Shown here piece by piece: positions 47,113 to 57,183 of a stretch of DNA of 57,183 nucleotides (position 1 is the first letter of the stretch; each line of letters opens with the position of its first letter). The position numbers were made by a program, and so were the translations under genes. The stretch lies in sequence record DRR723986_1346. The stretch is one strand, 5' to 3'. The notes under the pieces are model-generated. The model worked only from the letters and a program-made list of their open reading frames with translations, did no database searches and was not told where the DNA came from.

Positions 47113-48231
47113 GTGGCAAAATCTCTTAGAATATTACATGTTTTCCCATCGTTTGAACTGGGTGGCTCGCAGCGGCGCATGACAACATATTTGAATGCCA
47201 GTACCGCGCCGCACAATCATCTGATTTATGCGATGGACGACTGTTACGACGCTGCCGAACTTAGCCACCATTTTCGGTCTGCCCGCATTCCACCAGGGCT
47301 TATACCCAAAGGCAGTTTTTTTGGTGCCATTAAAGGATGCCGCAAGGCCTTGCAACAAACAAAGCCGGACCTTTTAGTGACGTACAATTGGGGTAGTATT
47401 GAGTGGGCAATGGCCAACCGTTGGCCCGAACGGTGCCCTACCGTTCACATTCAGGATGGTTTCGGCGAAGATGAGCGAAACGCAGAGATACCGAGCCGCC
47501 AGCGTATACGAAAAATGGTTTATAGCCGCTGCAAGCGTGTGATTGTGCCGTCCAACAAACTGGCTACGCTGGCAAAAGACAGCTGGAAAGTGCCGGAAAA
47601 ACAGCTGTCTTATGTACCAAACGGCATCGATACTGACCTTTTTGACCGCGCACCTGACCCTGCACTTATGACCAAGCATGGCTTAAAGGGCACTGGGCCA
47701 ATTATTGGCACAGTCGCGCGCCTAACGCCTGAGAAAAATATCGGCCGCTTAATCGAAGCCTTTAGCAAAATTGAGAATAAACACCCAGATGCTCGCCTGA
47801 TCATTGTCGGCGATGGTATCGGCATGGCAGCGCTAAAAATGCTTTCAGAGCGCATATCGGATAAGGAACGGGTTATCTTCACCGGCACAATTAATGAACC
47901 GGAATTAATTGTACCAGCGTTTGATATTTTTGCCCTGTCTTCAGACACCGAACAAATGCCAATCTCTGTGCTGGAAGCCATGGCAGCGGGCAAGGCCATT
48001 GCGAGTACCGATGTGGGCGACACCAAAAATATGGTCTCAGAGGCCAATCAACCCTTTATCACTGGCCGCGAGGCGGACGATCTTGCAGCCAGTTTGGACG
48101 CGCTTTTATCTGATAAACCACTTGTAGAGACACTAGGCAAAGCCAATAAAGCCTTGGTGAAAGAGCGTTTCAGCCTGGCCACCATGGTTGAAACCTATGA
48201 CCGTCTATTTCTCGAAGCTGCAAGTAAATAA
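47113..48231 (+). CDS. Glycosyltransferase family 4
   Basis: GGSQRR, VPNGID, VARLTPEKN, SDTEQMPISVLEAMAAG. GTG start with GGAG SD. Confidence 0.92.
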   Translation: MAKSLRILHVFPSFELGGSQRRMTTYLNASTAPHNHLIYAMDDCYDAAELSHHFRSARIPPGLIPKGSFFGAIKGCRKALQQTKPDLLVTYNWGSIEWAMANRWPERCPTVHIQDGFGEDERNAEIPSRQRIRKMVYSRCKRVIVPSNKLATLAKDSWKVPEKQLSYVPNGIDTDLFDRAPDPALMTKHGLKGTGPIIGTVARLTPEKNIGRLIEAFSKIENKHPDARLIIVGDGIGMAALKMLSERISDKERVIFTGTINEPELIVPAFDIFALSSDTEQMPISVLEAMAAGKAIASTDVGDTKNMVSEANQPFITGREADDLAASLDALLSDKPLVETLGKANKALVKERFSLATMVETYDRLFLEAASK

Positions 48232-48235
48232 CCCT

Positions 48236-49447
48236 TTATTCGGCAGCAACCGGAACGGCAACCTTACCGATCACCACTTCGTTGCCGGGCTCGGGCCGAC
48301 GAGGCACATTCAGCGATAAAATAAGCGATATGAATGCCATAGCCGCGCCCGCTATGAACACGTAGGACGGCGACTGTATCCACAGGAACGCCCCAAACGC
48401 CCAGGGGATAACCACGGCTGCAATATGATTAATCGAAAAACTTACACTTGATGTGGCAGCAATGTCTTTACCGTCTGCAATTTTTTGCAGGTAACTTTTC
48501 TGCGCAATCGCAAAAGAGAAAAATATATGATCGACCACATAAAGTGTTGCTGCAATGGCCGCACTTTCAACGAAGGCATAGCTGCCGAAAACAGCAATTA
48601 ACCCGACATATTCAATGATAAGGATATTTCGCTCACCAAAGCGAGAGATATAAGACCCAAGCGCAGGCGAGACAATACTGGTGACCACATGATTGGCCAA
48701 ATAAAGCGCCGCAACGGTTGAAGCGGAAAAGCCGAATTTCTCGACCAGAAGAAAGCCTGCAAACACAACAAATATTTGCCGCCTCGCGCCCCCCATGAAA
48801 GTCAACGCATAATACAGCCAATAGCGTTTGCGCAAAATCATGGTTTTGTGCTGCGGCTCGTGCCCATCAATGCGAGGGAAAGCGAGCCAAATAAACAATG
48901 CAAGCGCAATGGTCACAAGGCCCGCCACGGCATATAGCCAGGCAAAAGCAACACCAAACCCCTCCAACATCAACCAAAGCAGGCCATACGCCATAATGGC
49001 CGCGACTGATTTTGCCGATAATTGCCAGCCCATAACGCGCGGGGCGCGATCTTTAGGCAACCATTGCAGCGACAAGGACATTTGCAGGGTTTCGTAATAA
49101 TGAAAGCCGATCGACATCAGAACCGTGGTGAAATATAGCCCGTATTCTGACGGTAGAAAACCGGTTATGGTCACGCCGAAGCCAAGCAGTACCAACGATA
49201 AAACCACCAGCACTTGTTCTCGCATAAGCAAAAGCAAAAACACCGCCGTAAATGCCAAAAAGCCGGGAATTTCGCGCAGGCTTTGCAGAATGCCGATTTC
49301 GCGACCCGTAAAGTTAGCAACTTCAATAGTAAAATTATTGAGAAGCGCCATCCAGATGGCAAAACTGAACGGCCCGGCAGCCGCGATCAAAATCAGGCAT
49401 ACTTCCGGGCTTTGCCAGCTTTTCAGTCTTTTAGACGGGTCGCTCAT
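48236..49447 (-). CDS. MFS transporter
   Basis: About 12 TM helices, LQSLREIPGFLAF, GARRQIFVVFAGF. Confidence 0.9.
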   Translation of the reverse strand: MSDPSKRLKSWQSPEVCLILIAAAGPFSFAIWMALLNNFTIEVANFTGREIGILQSLREIPGFLAFTAVFLLLLMREQVLVVLSLVLLGFGVTITGFLPSEYGLYFTTVLMSIGFHYYETLQMSLSLQWLPKDRAPRVMGWQLSAKSVAAIMAYGLLWLMLEGFGVAFAWLYAVAGLVTIALALFIWLAFPRIDGHEPQHKTMILRKRYWLYYALTFMGGARRQIFVVFAGFLLVEKFGFSASTVAALYLANHVVTSIVSPALGSYISRFGERNILIIEYVGLIAVFGSYAFVESAAIAATLYVVDHIFFSFAIAQKSYLQKIADGKDIAATSSVSFSINHIAAVVIPWAFGAFLWIQSPSYVFIAGAAMAFISLILSLNVPRRPEPGNEVVIGKVAVPVAAE

Positions 49448-49546
49448 ATGGTGCGGACTTTCTAACTCATGAGGCCAGCACCATAGCGGTTCATGAAAAA
49501 ACCACCAGCCTGTTTTCGTGCAATGCAGCCATGCGGTGTGGCTCCA

Positions 49547-50305
49547 TCAGCCAAAGTTTGGTTCGCGTTTTTGCAAGAATGCCATCACCGCTTCAGCCAG
49601 TTCGGGTGATTTCAGCCGTTCGCCAAACAAATCGCTTTCCTTCAACATACGGGCAGAAACCGCATCCAAATCACCGCGCATCAGCGCTTTAGTCTGGCGA
49701 ATAGATTCTGGTGCTTTCTTGGACAAGGCCACGGCAACCTTATGGGCAGAATCCTGCAATTCACCTGCCGGGAACACAGTGTTGGCAATACCCAAGGCTT
49801 CAGCCTCGGTCGCGCTAACGCGCTTGCCAAGCATGAAAATTTCAGCAGCCTTGGCGTGACCAACCCGTGCGGGCAGCAATAAAGAAGAAGCCGCTTCAGG
49901 CACCAAGGCCAAATCAACAAACGGTGCTTGAATTTCCGCGCCTTCTGCGATGTAAACAATGTCACAGTGCAAAAGCATGGTAAAACCAACCCCGACAGCG
50001 ACGCCATTAACAGCAGCAATCAATGGCTTGCGCGCCACCACAAGCTCACGCAGAAACCGCGCAACACCGGCTTCAGGGCCGCGCGGCGGGTTATCGCGAA
50101 AATCAAGCAAATCATTGCCAGCCGTGAAAGCATCACCGTTAGCGGTAAATAATATCGCCCTGATGTCATCATTTTTGTTGGCATCTTCCATCGCGTCAGC
50201 CATAGCGCCATACATTTCTGCCGTAATGGCATTTTTCTTGTCAGGGCGGTTGAACGTGATGGTTAAAATGCGATCATTCACATTCGTTAAAATATCTGTC
50301 GTCAC
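49547..50305 (-). CDS. Enoyl-CoA hydratase/isomerase family protein
   Basis: NRPDKKNA, FTAGNDL, AAVNGVAVGVG, LVPEAASS. GTGA overlap with MarR. Confidence 0.93.
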   Translation of the reverse strand: MTTDILTNVNDRILTITFNRPDKKNAITAEMYGAMADAMEDANKNDDIRAILFTANGDAFTAGNDLLDFRDNPPRGPEAGVARFLRELVVARKPLIAAVNGVAVGVGFTMLLHCDIVYIAEGAEIQAPFVDLALVPEAASSLLLPARVGHAKAAEIFMLGKRVSATEAEALGIANTVFPAGELQDSAHKVAVALSKKAPESIRQTKALMRGDLDAVSARMLKESDLFGERLKSPELAEAVMAFLQKREPNFG

Positions 50306-50817
50306 TTAAATTTCCTTTCAGGGAGTGTCTCTAAATTATTCTGATGAACTAAGCGGGATAAGTCAGCTTCCGGCTCAGTAAAAAGTTTTTCAGACGCATC
50401 AATGATTGCAGCACAAGCCCGCGCAAAATTTTCCGCTTCCCCGTTGCTACCAATTATAGTCAACAATGCCGTATTGGCGGCCTTGGTCAAAGGTTCGGCT
50501 TTTTCCAGTGTTTGCTTGCCGTGTTCTGTTAGTGCCAACTGAATGCTACGCCGGTCGGTCTCAGAGCGCCGCCGCGCCACCAATTGCTTTTTCTCCATAC
50601 GGTCCACAAGGCCTGATGCAGACGCGATAGTTAAGCCTACCGCCTGCGCCACTTCGCTCATGGTGGCCTTATTAGCCTGCTTCAAATACAGCAAAACTGC
50701 ACTCTGCGAGGTGGAAATACCCAATTGCTCGCCCAGCATTTTATCCGACGCACGAAACAGCGCCTGATGGGTTCTGTGCAGCAAGTGAAAAAGCCGTGGC
50801 TGTGCGCTACTATCCAT
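50302..50817 (-). CDS. MarR family transcriptional regulator
   Basis: SGLVDRMEKKQLV-R...DRRSIQLALTEHG. Probable start ATG 50817. Confidence 0.92.
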   Translation of the reverse strand: MDSSAQPRLFHLLHRTHQALFRASDKMLGEQLGISTSQSAVLLYLKQANKATMSEVAQAVGLTIASASGLVDRMEKKQLVARRRSETDRRSIQLALTEHGKQTLEKAEPLTKAANTALLTIIGSNGEAENFARACAAIIDASEKLFTEPEADLSRLVHQNNLETLPERKFK

Positions 50818-50837
50818 ACTTTGCAATCAATGTTATT

Positions 50838-50855
50838 TATTACGTATACGAAGTA
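50838..50855. promoter_or_regulatory. Palindrome upstream of MarR, putative operator
   Basis: tatta-CGTATACG-aagta with a perfect 8-bp core. Confidence 0.45.
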
Positions 50856-50932
50856 TATTGAAACACTGATTAGTCAAGCCCTACGACAAAAACAATTTTT
50901 TCAATCAAAGCTAACAGACTTTCCAACGCCAT

Positions 50933-52198
50933 TTACGTCGCAGAGAAGACATTTTTTCCTTTGATATAAACACTTTCAATCGACCGAAAATTCTGCGTTG
51001 TCTGCCCGGGATCAGATGCCAACAGAACAAAGTCCGCGTCTTTTCCTGGTGCTATGTAACCAGAATTAACGCCAGCACCTAAAGCCTCGGCAGCATTGAA
51101 TGTCGCCATTTTGAGTATAGACGCCGCCGGAATTCCTGCTTGTTCATGCATATCCAGTTCATCTAGAAGGGATACCCCAGGTTGATACCACGCAGGTTCA
51201 AGAAGATCAGATGTATCTGTGCCAGTTACCAACAAAATACCGGCGTCATGCATCTTTTTGGTGATCTTTTGCACGTCCTCAATAAAATTGACAAAAGCCT
51301 GCGGTATTTCCTCTGTTCCAGCGCGCTGCCGGGCAATGGCAGGATAAATTACCAAAGTAGCGGTAACCGAAGTTCGGTTATCGCTAAGGCATTTATACAA
51401 TGGTTCAGCTTGGTCAGACAACATAAAGTCAATAGATGCCTGCGATCCGGCATGCCCCTCTTCAGCAATTGCGTTGAAAGCTTCAACAAAGGAACCAATA
51501 TGTTCAATGCCATCAAGACCAAGATGGCACGCGGCCAAGGGGTGAACGCCCAACGGTATGTGGCCGGTAACCTTAAGCCCTCGGTCATGTGCGCCTTTCA
51601 CGAGGAATGGCAATAAGTCGGGTGATAAAGCCCGGTGAACTTTCACCTGCGATGCCCCCAATCTAACAAGTTCGTCTAGGGAAGCTGTAATTTCTTGTTC
51701 GTTGGTAACTGACCGCTGAAACCCAGCAAAACTTTGGCCATTTAGAACGAAATAAGATGGATAGATGCTAGGCCCAACCAGTTCGCCGTGCGCCAAGCCT
51801 GCCTCAACAGATTTAATTCGCTCTTTATATCCGCCTAAATCCCGAATTGAGGTTACGCCTGATGCCAAAAAGTCCTCGGGCACCAGACCTCTTTCAGAAG
51901 AACTTCTAATATGCGTGTGCATATCCCAAAGCCCGGGAATCATAAATTTGTTAGAGCCATCAATAATGGTTACTGCTTCGCCATTGGCGTTTACATCAGA
52001 ACCGATGGCAGTGAACCGACCATCCTTGATAACAACGTTTGTTAATACTGGATTTTCGTGCATACCGTCATAGAGGGTGACATTCTTAATCAACACATCT
52101 ATTTCACTCAGACCTTCAGTCGCGCTTGAGTGATTAGACAACAGTATCACACTACCAAAGACTGCGAGCCAGCGCATAGTTCTACCCATTAAAGACAT
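50933..52198 (-). CDS. Secreted amidohydrolase family protein
   Basis: PGLWDMHTH, GVTSIRDLG, VTGH, IEH, GTD, GYIAPGKDADFVLL, strong SD. Confidence 0.92.
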   Translation of the reverse strand: MSLMGRTMRWLAVFGSVILLSNHSSATEGLSEIDVLIKNVTLYDGMHENPVLTNVVIKDGRFTAIGSDVNANGEAVTIIDGSNKFMIPGLWDMHTHIRSSSERGLVPEDFLASGVTSIRDLGGYKERIKSVEAGLAHGELVGPSIYPSYFVLNGQSFAGFQRSVTNEQEITASLDELVRLGASQVKVHRALSPDLLPFLVKGAHDRGLKVTGHIPLGVHPLAACHLGLDGIEHIGSFVEAFNAIAEEGHAGSQASIDFMLSDQAEPLYKCLSDNRTSVTATLVIYPAIARQRAGTEEIPQAFVNFIEDVQKITKKMHDAGILLVTGTDTSDLLEPAWYQPGVSLLDELDMHEQAGIPAASILKMATFNAAEALGAGVNSGYIAPGKDADFVLLASDPGQTTQNFRSIESVYIKGKNVFSAT

Positions 52199-52300
52199 TA
52201 TCTCCTCCTCGATTGTCGTTTTATTTTCTTAGTTTACTTATAATAGCACGATAGGCTTGAATATCAGGATACAAGGCTGAAAATCTCAAATACATACACA

Positions 52301-52957
52301 TCAAGCACTACAAACAAGCTGCCATAAGTCCTGCCCACTAGCCTGATATTTAGCCTCGAAAGGCGTAATAGGCGGGTCCGGAAATATCTGGCGGATTACA
52401 CTCGGTCTACCTGCAACCTCAAGAGCGATTTGAAACTCTTCTATATATAATCGCCAATTTGAGCGAAGCTCAAGCCGCCTCCCAATGCTAATAATATCTG
52501 CAAAGGCAGGGGCACCATGCCAGCGCCGCCCCAAATGGCCCGGTTTTGGCCAAGGGTTAGGATACAGGATATAATGCCTGTCAAACTCTAGGCCTGATGT
52601 TACCAACAGCCTGTATAAATCGTTCAGGTCCGCACGTACGAAGAAAAGATTTTCATGGTTACTATTGCCAGCGCTGCGATCAAGACGGTGCGCAGATTTG
52701 TCAACGCCAATAATTAAATGCCCCGGAAATGCGGCCGCCAACGCCCTGCTACTTTGCCCTACCCCGCAACATGCGTCTAAAATCAAGGGTGTATCGCGGC
52801 CTCCAATCCACTGGATTATGCGGGCAAAAGCCTCTTTGGTGTGCGTGGCTGCCGGTTTTTGGTTTGAGGCTTTTAAATGGCGATCCACAGTTTTTCGCAA
52901 TCGCGGGTGCGGCCCTGCTTGGCTGGTTATGACACTACGCGAGGTTGCTTCAGACAT
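52301..52957 (-). CDS. TrmB-like SAM-dependent methyltransferase
   Basis: LDACCGVG, GVDKS, YPNPWPK, TPFEAKY. Confidence 0.8.
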   Translation of the reverse strand: MSEATSRSVITSQAGPHPRLRKTVDRHLKASNQKPAATHTKEAFARIIQWIGGRDTPLILDACCGVGQSSRALAAAFPGHLIIGVDKSAHRLDRSAGNSNHENLFFVRADLNDLYRLLVTSGLEFDRHYILYPNPWPKPGHLGRRWHGAPAFADIISIGRRLELRSNWRLYIEEFQIALEVAGRPSVIRQIFPDPPITPFEAKYQASGQDLWQLVCSA

Positions 52958-52972
52958 GGAATACTTGGAATT

Positions 52973-53626
52973 TTAAAGCACGTAAAAATAGATGGCGATG
53001 AAATGGCACGCACTACCAGCGACAACAAATAAATGCCATATAACATGCATGTAGGGCCACTTTTTCATGGCATAAAAAGCAGCGCCGATGGTGTAAGCCA
53101 ATCCACCGGCAATAACCCAGTTTATGCCCGCTGCCGGCAACGCATCAGACAAAGGGCCAATCATCAACAGCCCAGCCCACCCCATAGCCAAATACATGGC
53201 CAGTGAAATAATATTGAAGCGCTTTCCTGTTTTGCTGAGAAAAGCCCGAAGCTTGAAACCAATACCAATGGCAGCAGCACCCCATGCGCCAACCATAACC
53301 CAAATTCCGGTGGTTGTCGGCAAGCTGATCAAGGCAAAAGGCGCATAAGACCCGGCAATCTTCAAATAAATGGCCGAATGATCGAGCATTTTCAGGAACC
53401 CGGCGGCCTTAGTAGCAAATAGACTGTGGTACAATGTGGAACTGGCAAACATGGCAATCATCGCACCCCCGTATAGGGACACAGCAACAACACCGGCGAT
53501 GCCGTTATCTACTTTCAAAAGCAATAATATAAGGCAGCCAACGGCAGCAATGGCGGCAAAGCCATGTGTAACTGCATGCAGAATTTCTTCGCGTAAACTA
53601 TAGGGGTGATTAACTGTTACTGTCAT
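52973..53626 (-). CDS. trhA: Hemolysin III / PAQR family membrane protein
   Basis: EEILHAVTH, SSTLYH, DHSAIYLKIAGSY, HVIWHLFV...H. Confidence 0.93.
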   Translation of the reverse strand: MTVTVNHPYSLREEILHAVTHGFAAIAAVGCLILLLLKVDNGIAGVVAVSLYGGAMIAMFASSTLYHSLFATKAAGFLKMLDHSAIYLKIAGSYAPFALISLPTTTGIWVMVGAWGAAAIGIGFKLRAFLSKTGKRFNIISLAMYLAMGWAGLLMIGPLSDALPAAGINWVIAGGLAYTIGAAFYAMKKWPYMHVIWHLFVVAGSACHFIAIYFYVL

Positions 53627-53863
53627 GTGGTTGATATCCGCTTATTATTTTACGCAGGTTATGCCCCTGCCAAGAATTATGCACAATATACTCTCAATAT
53701 ATGATTTCAAAAGAAACAATATTTTGACCATCCTGCACCCATAACAGCGCGCGCATTCGAACACTCATCCCTTTGACCTTGCGATAAGGCCCATGAAAGC
53801 AGTAGGTTTCATGCTAAATCTTTTCTACCGTGTTTTAATTTTGCTGATTTGGGGAGAAATCTG

Positions 53864-55810
53864 ATGAAACAATTTATTCTTATTCCTGCACTTGCTCTGT
53901 CGTTTGTTGCTTGTAGCAACAGCGAAAATACCGCGACAGAAGAAGTAAGTGCCGTTGAGCAAGCAGCACCCAAATATTCCGCAGAAACATTTTTTAACAC
54001 AACCAGCTTCGGTATCGCGAGTGCGGCAGGTCATGCTTTTTCCCCGGCTGGCGATAAAGTTCTAATCTCCAGCGATGAAACCGGCATTTTCAATGCCTTT
54101 GCAGTTGATGTTGCGACCGGTGACCGCACGCAACTGACTGCTTCAACCGCCAGCGCAACCATCGGCGTTAGTTATTTTCCCAACGACGAGCGCATTCTAT
54201 ACACCGCTGACGGCGGCGGTGATGAGCTTAACCATGTATGGGTTCGCGAAGCCAATGGCACCATGACAGACCTAACTGCAACGGAAAACACCAAAGCCGC
54301 TTTCGTTGGCTGGTCAGCCGACGGTGGTCGTTTCTATCTCTCTACCAATGAACGCGATCCCAAAGCATTTGATTTATATGCCTACAAAACTGATGGCTAC
54401 GACCGCGAGATGGTGTTTGAAAATACCGAGGCTATGCAACTATCCGCCGTTAGTGGTAACGATCGATATCTTGCGATGATAAAGCCGCGGACATCAGCTG
54501 ATAGCGATGTTTATGTTGCCGATATCGCATCTGGTGGCGCGCCTGTTCTGGTTACTGAACATGAAGGCAACATTGCATACGGCACATACGGCTTTTCGGC
54601 TGGAGGCAAGCTAATTTTGTCCACCAACGAAGCCAGCGAATTCGCAGAAGCGTGGGCCTATGACATGGAAACGGGCGAGAAAAAGCCCTATGTCACGGCA
54701 GATTGGAACGTCTCGGGTGTGGGATATTCAAACACGGGTCGATACAGAGTTGAAAGTATCAACGCTGACGCAGAAACCAAAATAACCATTGTAGATGGTC
54801 AAACAATGGCGCCCGTTACTTTGCCTGATTTACCACCCGGCAATGTTATAAATGTTCGGTTTTCCGCAGACGATAGCCACATCGCTTTCTTACTAAACGG
54901 TGATACCAGCCCCAGCGACTTATACGTTGTTGACTTGGGCGCAAGCACAGCCAAGCGCCTAACAACAGCATTAAACCCTGCCATTGACCAAAATAACTTG
55001 GTGGAAGCAACTGTGGTTCGGTATCCTAGCTTTGATGGCACCCTAATACCGTCAATCCTTTACAAACCCAAAGGTGCGTCAGTTGACAATAAAGCTCCTG
55101 CCCTCGTCCTGGTTCACGGTGGACCAGGCGGTCAAACCCGGCGCGGATATCGTGCTTTTGTGCAGCATTTGGTCAATCATGGTTATGCAGTGCTGGGCGC
55201 CAACAACCGTGGTTCTTCCGGCTACGGCAAAACTTTCTTCCACATGGATGACAAGGCCCACGGCGAAGGTGACCTCCAGGACATTGTTCGCGGCCGAACT
55301 TATCTCGAAAGTCTCGATTGGGTAGACGAAGACCGGATTGGCATTATAGGCGGTTCCTATGGTGGCTTTATGGTCGCGGCTGCGCTTGCGTTTGAGCCTG
55401 AAGTATTTGATGTTGGCATCAATATATTTGGTGTCACCAACTGGGTGCGCACCCTTAAGTCTATCCCACCGTGGTGGGAAAGCTTCCGTGAGGCTCTATA
55501 CGACGAAATGGGTGACCCTGCGACCGATGAAGAACGCCATCGCCGCATATCACCGCTGTTTCATGCAAGCAATATCGTAAAGCCCATGCTCGTGGTGCAA
55601 GGTGCAAATGACCCGCGCGTTCTGCCCGTGGAAAGCGATGAAATCGTCGCGGCTGTTAAAGCCAACGGCGTGCCGGTGGAGTATATCTTGTTTCCCGGTG
55701 AAGGGCATGGTTTCCGGGTAAAGGCCAACCGCATTAAGGCATCAGACGCCTATGTGAAGTTCCTGGACACATATTTGCGCGGCGGTGACGTAGTTGGCAA
55801 CGGCAGATAG
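53864..55810 (+). CDS. S9 family serine peptidase, lipoprotein
   Basis: Lipobox FVAC, beta-propeller region, VHGGPGG, GGSYGG, GANDPRV, EGHGF. Confidence 0.94.
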   Translation: MKQFILIPALALSFVACSNSENTATEEVSAVEQAAPKYSAETFFNTTSFGIASAAGHAFSPAGDKVLISSDETGIFNAFAVDVATGDRTQLTASTASATIGVSYFPNDERILYTADGGGDELNHVWVREANGTMTDLTATENTKAAFVGWSADGGRFYLSTNERDPKAFDLYAYKTDGYDREMVFENTEAMQLSAVSGNDRYLAMIKPRTSADSDVYVADIASGGAPVLVTEHEGNIAYGTYGFSAGGKLILSTNEASEFAEAWAYDMETGEKKPYVTADWNVSGVGYSNTGRYRVESINADAETKITIVDGQTMAPVTLPDLPPGNVINVRFSADDSHIAFLLNGDTSPSDLYVVDLGASTAKRLTTALNPAIDQNNLVEATVVRYPSFDGTLIPSILYKPKGASVDNKAPALVLVHGGPGGQTRRGYRAFVQHLVNHGYAVLGANNRGSSGYGKTFFHMDDKAHGEGDLQDIVRGRTYLESLDWVDEDRIGIIGGSYGGFMVAAALAFEPEVFDVGINIFGVTNWVRTLKSIPPWWESFREALYDEMGDPATDEERHRRISPLFHASNIVKPMLVVQGANDPRVLPVESDEIVAAVKANGVPVEYILFPGEGHGFRVKANRIKASDAYVKFLDTYLRGGDVVGNGR

Positions 55811-55841
55811 GCCAAAACACCCTGAAATGAAGGATTGAAAC

Positions 55842-57183
55842 ATGAGGCAACTCACAAAAAGCATTCTGTTAGCAGCAACTTTGGTTGTTGCCTCTTGCTC
55901 CCAACCGGACAGCCAAACACCTGAGCAATCTGGTAAATCAGCAGAAATATTATGGGATCAGTACGGTGTACCTCACATATATGCCGAAAACGCTATAGCA
56001 GCAGACTACGCCTTCGGTCGTGCGCAAATGGAAAACCACACCAATTTGCTGCTTAAGCTATATGGCACCTCTCGCGGACGCGCCGCAGAATATTGGGGCG
56101 AAAGTAATTTGCCATCTGACATTATGGTGCACCGAATGGGTTTACCGTCACGCGCTGATGCCTTGCTTGCGGCTCAAGGGCCAGAATATGCAGGGCGATT
56201 GGAAGCTTTTGCCCAAGGCATGAATGATTGGGCGGCTGAAAACCCATCCGCTGTGAACGAAGACATGCGCGCGGTACTACCACTAAGTGCTCAGGATGTT
56301 TTGCGCCAAATGCAGTTCAGTATTCATGTTACTTTTGTTTCCGGTGGTGCCCAACAAATTGCACAAGGGTGGCAGGCTCAAGACGATACACCTGATGAGA
56401 AACCTGGCTCTAATGCATGGGCCATTGCGCCTTCTCGCTCGGCCAGCGGCAACGCTATGCTTCTGATGAACCCACACCTGCCGTGGAGTGATCAGTTCCT
56501 GTTCTTTGAGGCCCACATCAACACCCCTGACTATGACGCTTACGGTGTTTCGCTCATTGGTATGCCTAATCTGGTTATTGCCTTTAACAAAGATATAGGC
56601 TGGACCCATACCGTAAACACCTATGACGGCGCCGATATGTATGAGCTAACCCTAATAGACGGTGGCTATAAGTTCGACGGCGAAACCAAGGCGTTTGAAG
56701 TGAGCGAGGCAACGCTCAAAGTGAAAGCGGCGGATGGCAGCCTGTCTGACCGCACAATTGAGATTAAACGCTCAGTGCACGGGCCGGTAATTTCAGAGAA
56801 AGAAGGCAAAGCACTAGCCCTTAGGGTTGCAGGCCTTGAAGAACCGGACCACAACCGCATGTTCGAGCAATATTGGAAATTGGGCAGCGCCAAAAATGTT
56901 GATGAGTTTGAAGCCGCCCTTTCCATGCACCAAGTGCCAATGTTTAATGCGGTTTATGCTGACCGCCACGGCGATATTTTCTATGCCTTTAACGCGCTGC
57001 AACCGGTGCGTAAAAGCGGCGATGTGGCTTTCTGGGCTGGCATTATTGATGGCAGCACTTCTGACCTTTTATGGCAAGGCTACCGTGCCTATGAAGAATT
57101 ACCGCGCTACCGCAACCCGGCCTCTGGCTTTGTGCAAAATGCAAACGACGCCCCGTGGAGCAGCACATTCCCCATGGCATTGA
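55842..57183 (+). CDS. Penicillin acylase family (S45 Ntn-hydrolase) lipoprotein, 3' partial
   Basis: Missing from the ORF track. Manual translation gives MRQLTKSILLAATLVVASC...WDQYGVPHIYA...PG-SNAWAIAPSRSASGNAMLLMNPHLPW...GWTHTVN...QNAND. Confidence 0.93.
   Translation, partial: MRQLTKSILLAATLVVASCSQPDSQTPEQSGKSAEILWDQYGVPHIYAENAIAADYAFGRAQMENHTNLLLKLYGTSRGRAAEYWGESNLPSDIMVHRMGLPSRADALLAAQGPEYAGRLEAFAQGMNDWAAENPSAVNEDMRAVLPLSAQDVLRQMQFSIHVTFVSGGAQQIAQGWQAQDDTPDEKPGSNAWAIAPSRSASGNAMLLMNPHLPWSDQFLFFEAHINTPDYDAYGVSLIGMPNLVIAFNKDIGWTHTVNTYDGADMYELTLIDGGYKFDGETKAFEVSEATLKVKAADGSLSDRTIEIKRSVHGPVISEKEGKALALRVAGLEEPDHNRMFEQYWKLGSAKNVDEFEAALSMHQVPMFNAVYADRHGDIFYAFNALQPVRKSGDVAFWAGIIDGSTSDLLWQGYRAYEELPRYRNPASGFVQNANDAPWSSTFPMAL

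Noticed and set aside
56020-57183. Short ORFs listed at the right end
   Set aside because: They are off-frame or antisense shadows of the S45 acylase starting at 55842.

Overview
Chromosomal window from an alphaproteobacterium of roughly 50% GC. A marine Kordiimonas-like lineage is an inference from gene content and protein style. The left end holds the start of the dcw cluster (rsmH partial, mraZ, minus strand). Then come two tandem paralogous TonB-dependent receptors (the first broken by one in-frame TAA), a secreted Zn-metalloprotease, a TolC/HlyD/ABC type I secretion-like operon whose ABC has lost all ATPase motifs, RNase P RNA (rnpB), an RTX protein, a TetR regulator and an amidase/EamA/djlA block. 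The middle holds a KAS III, a BlaI plus BlaR1-like (M56) pair with canonical TACA-NN-TGTA operators but a 34-aa repeat domain in place of a penicillin sensor, an M19 dipeptidase, MAPEG, esterase, BVMO, 5-oxoprolinase and a P450-GMC pair. The right part holds two USPs, a hybrid kinase, GGT, a PepSY-FeuPQ-like two-component system, GT4, MFS, MarR/enoyl-CoA hydratase, an amidohydrolase, TrmB-like and hemolysin-III genes, an S9 peptidase and a partial S45 acylase. I saw no tRNA, rRNA, CRISPR, IS, integrase or phage gene. The best novelty candidates are the ATPase-dead T1SS with its RTX protein flanking rnpB, the repeat-sensor BlaR1-like system, and the plug/barrel-split TBDR. All calls come from motif recognition only; no database searches were run.
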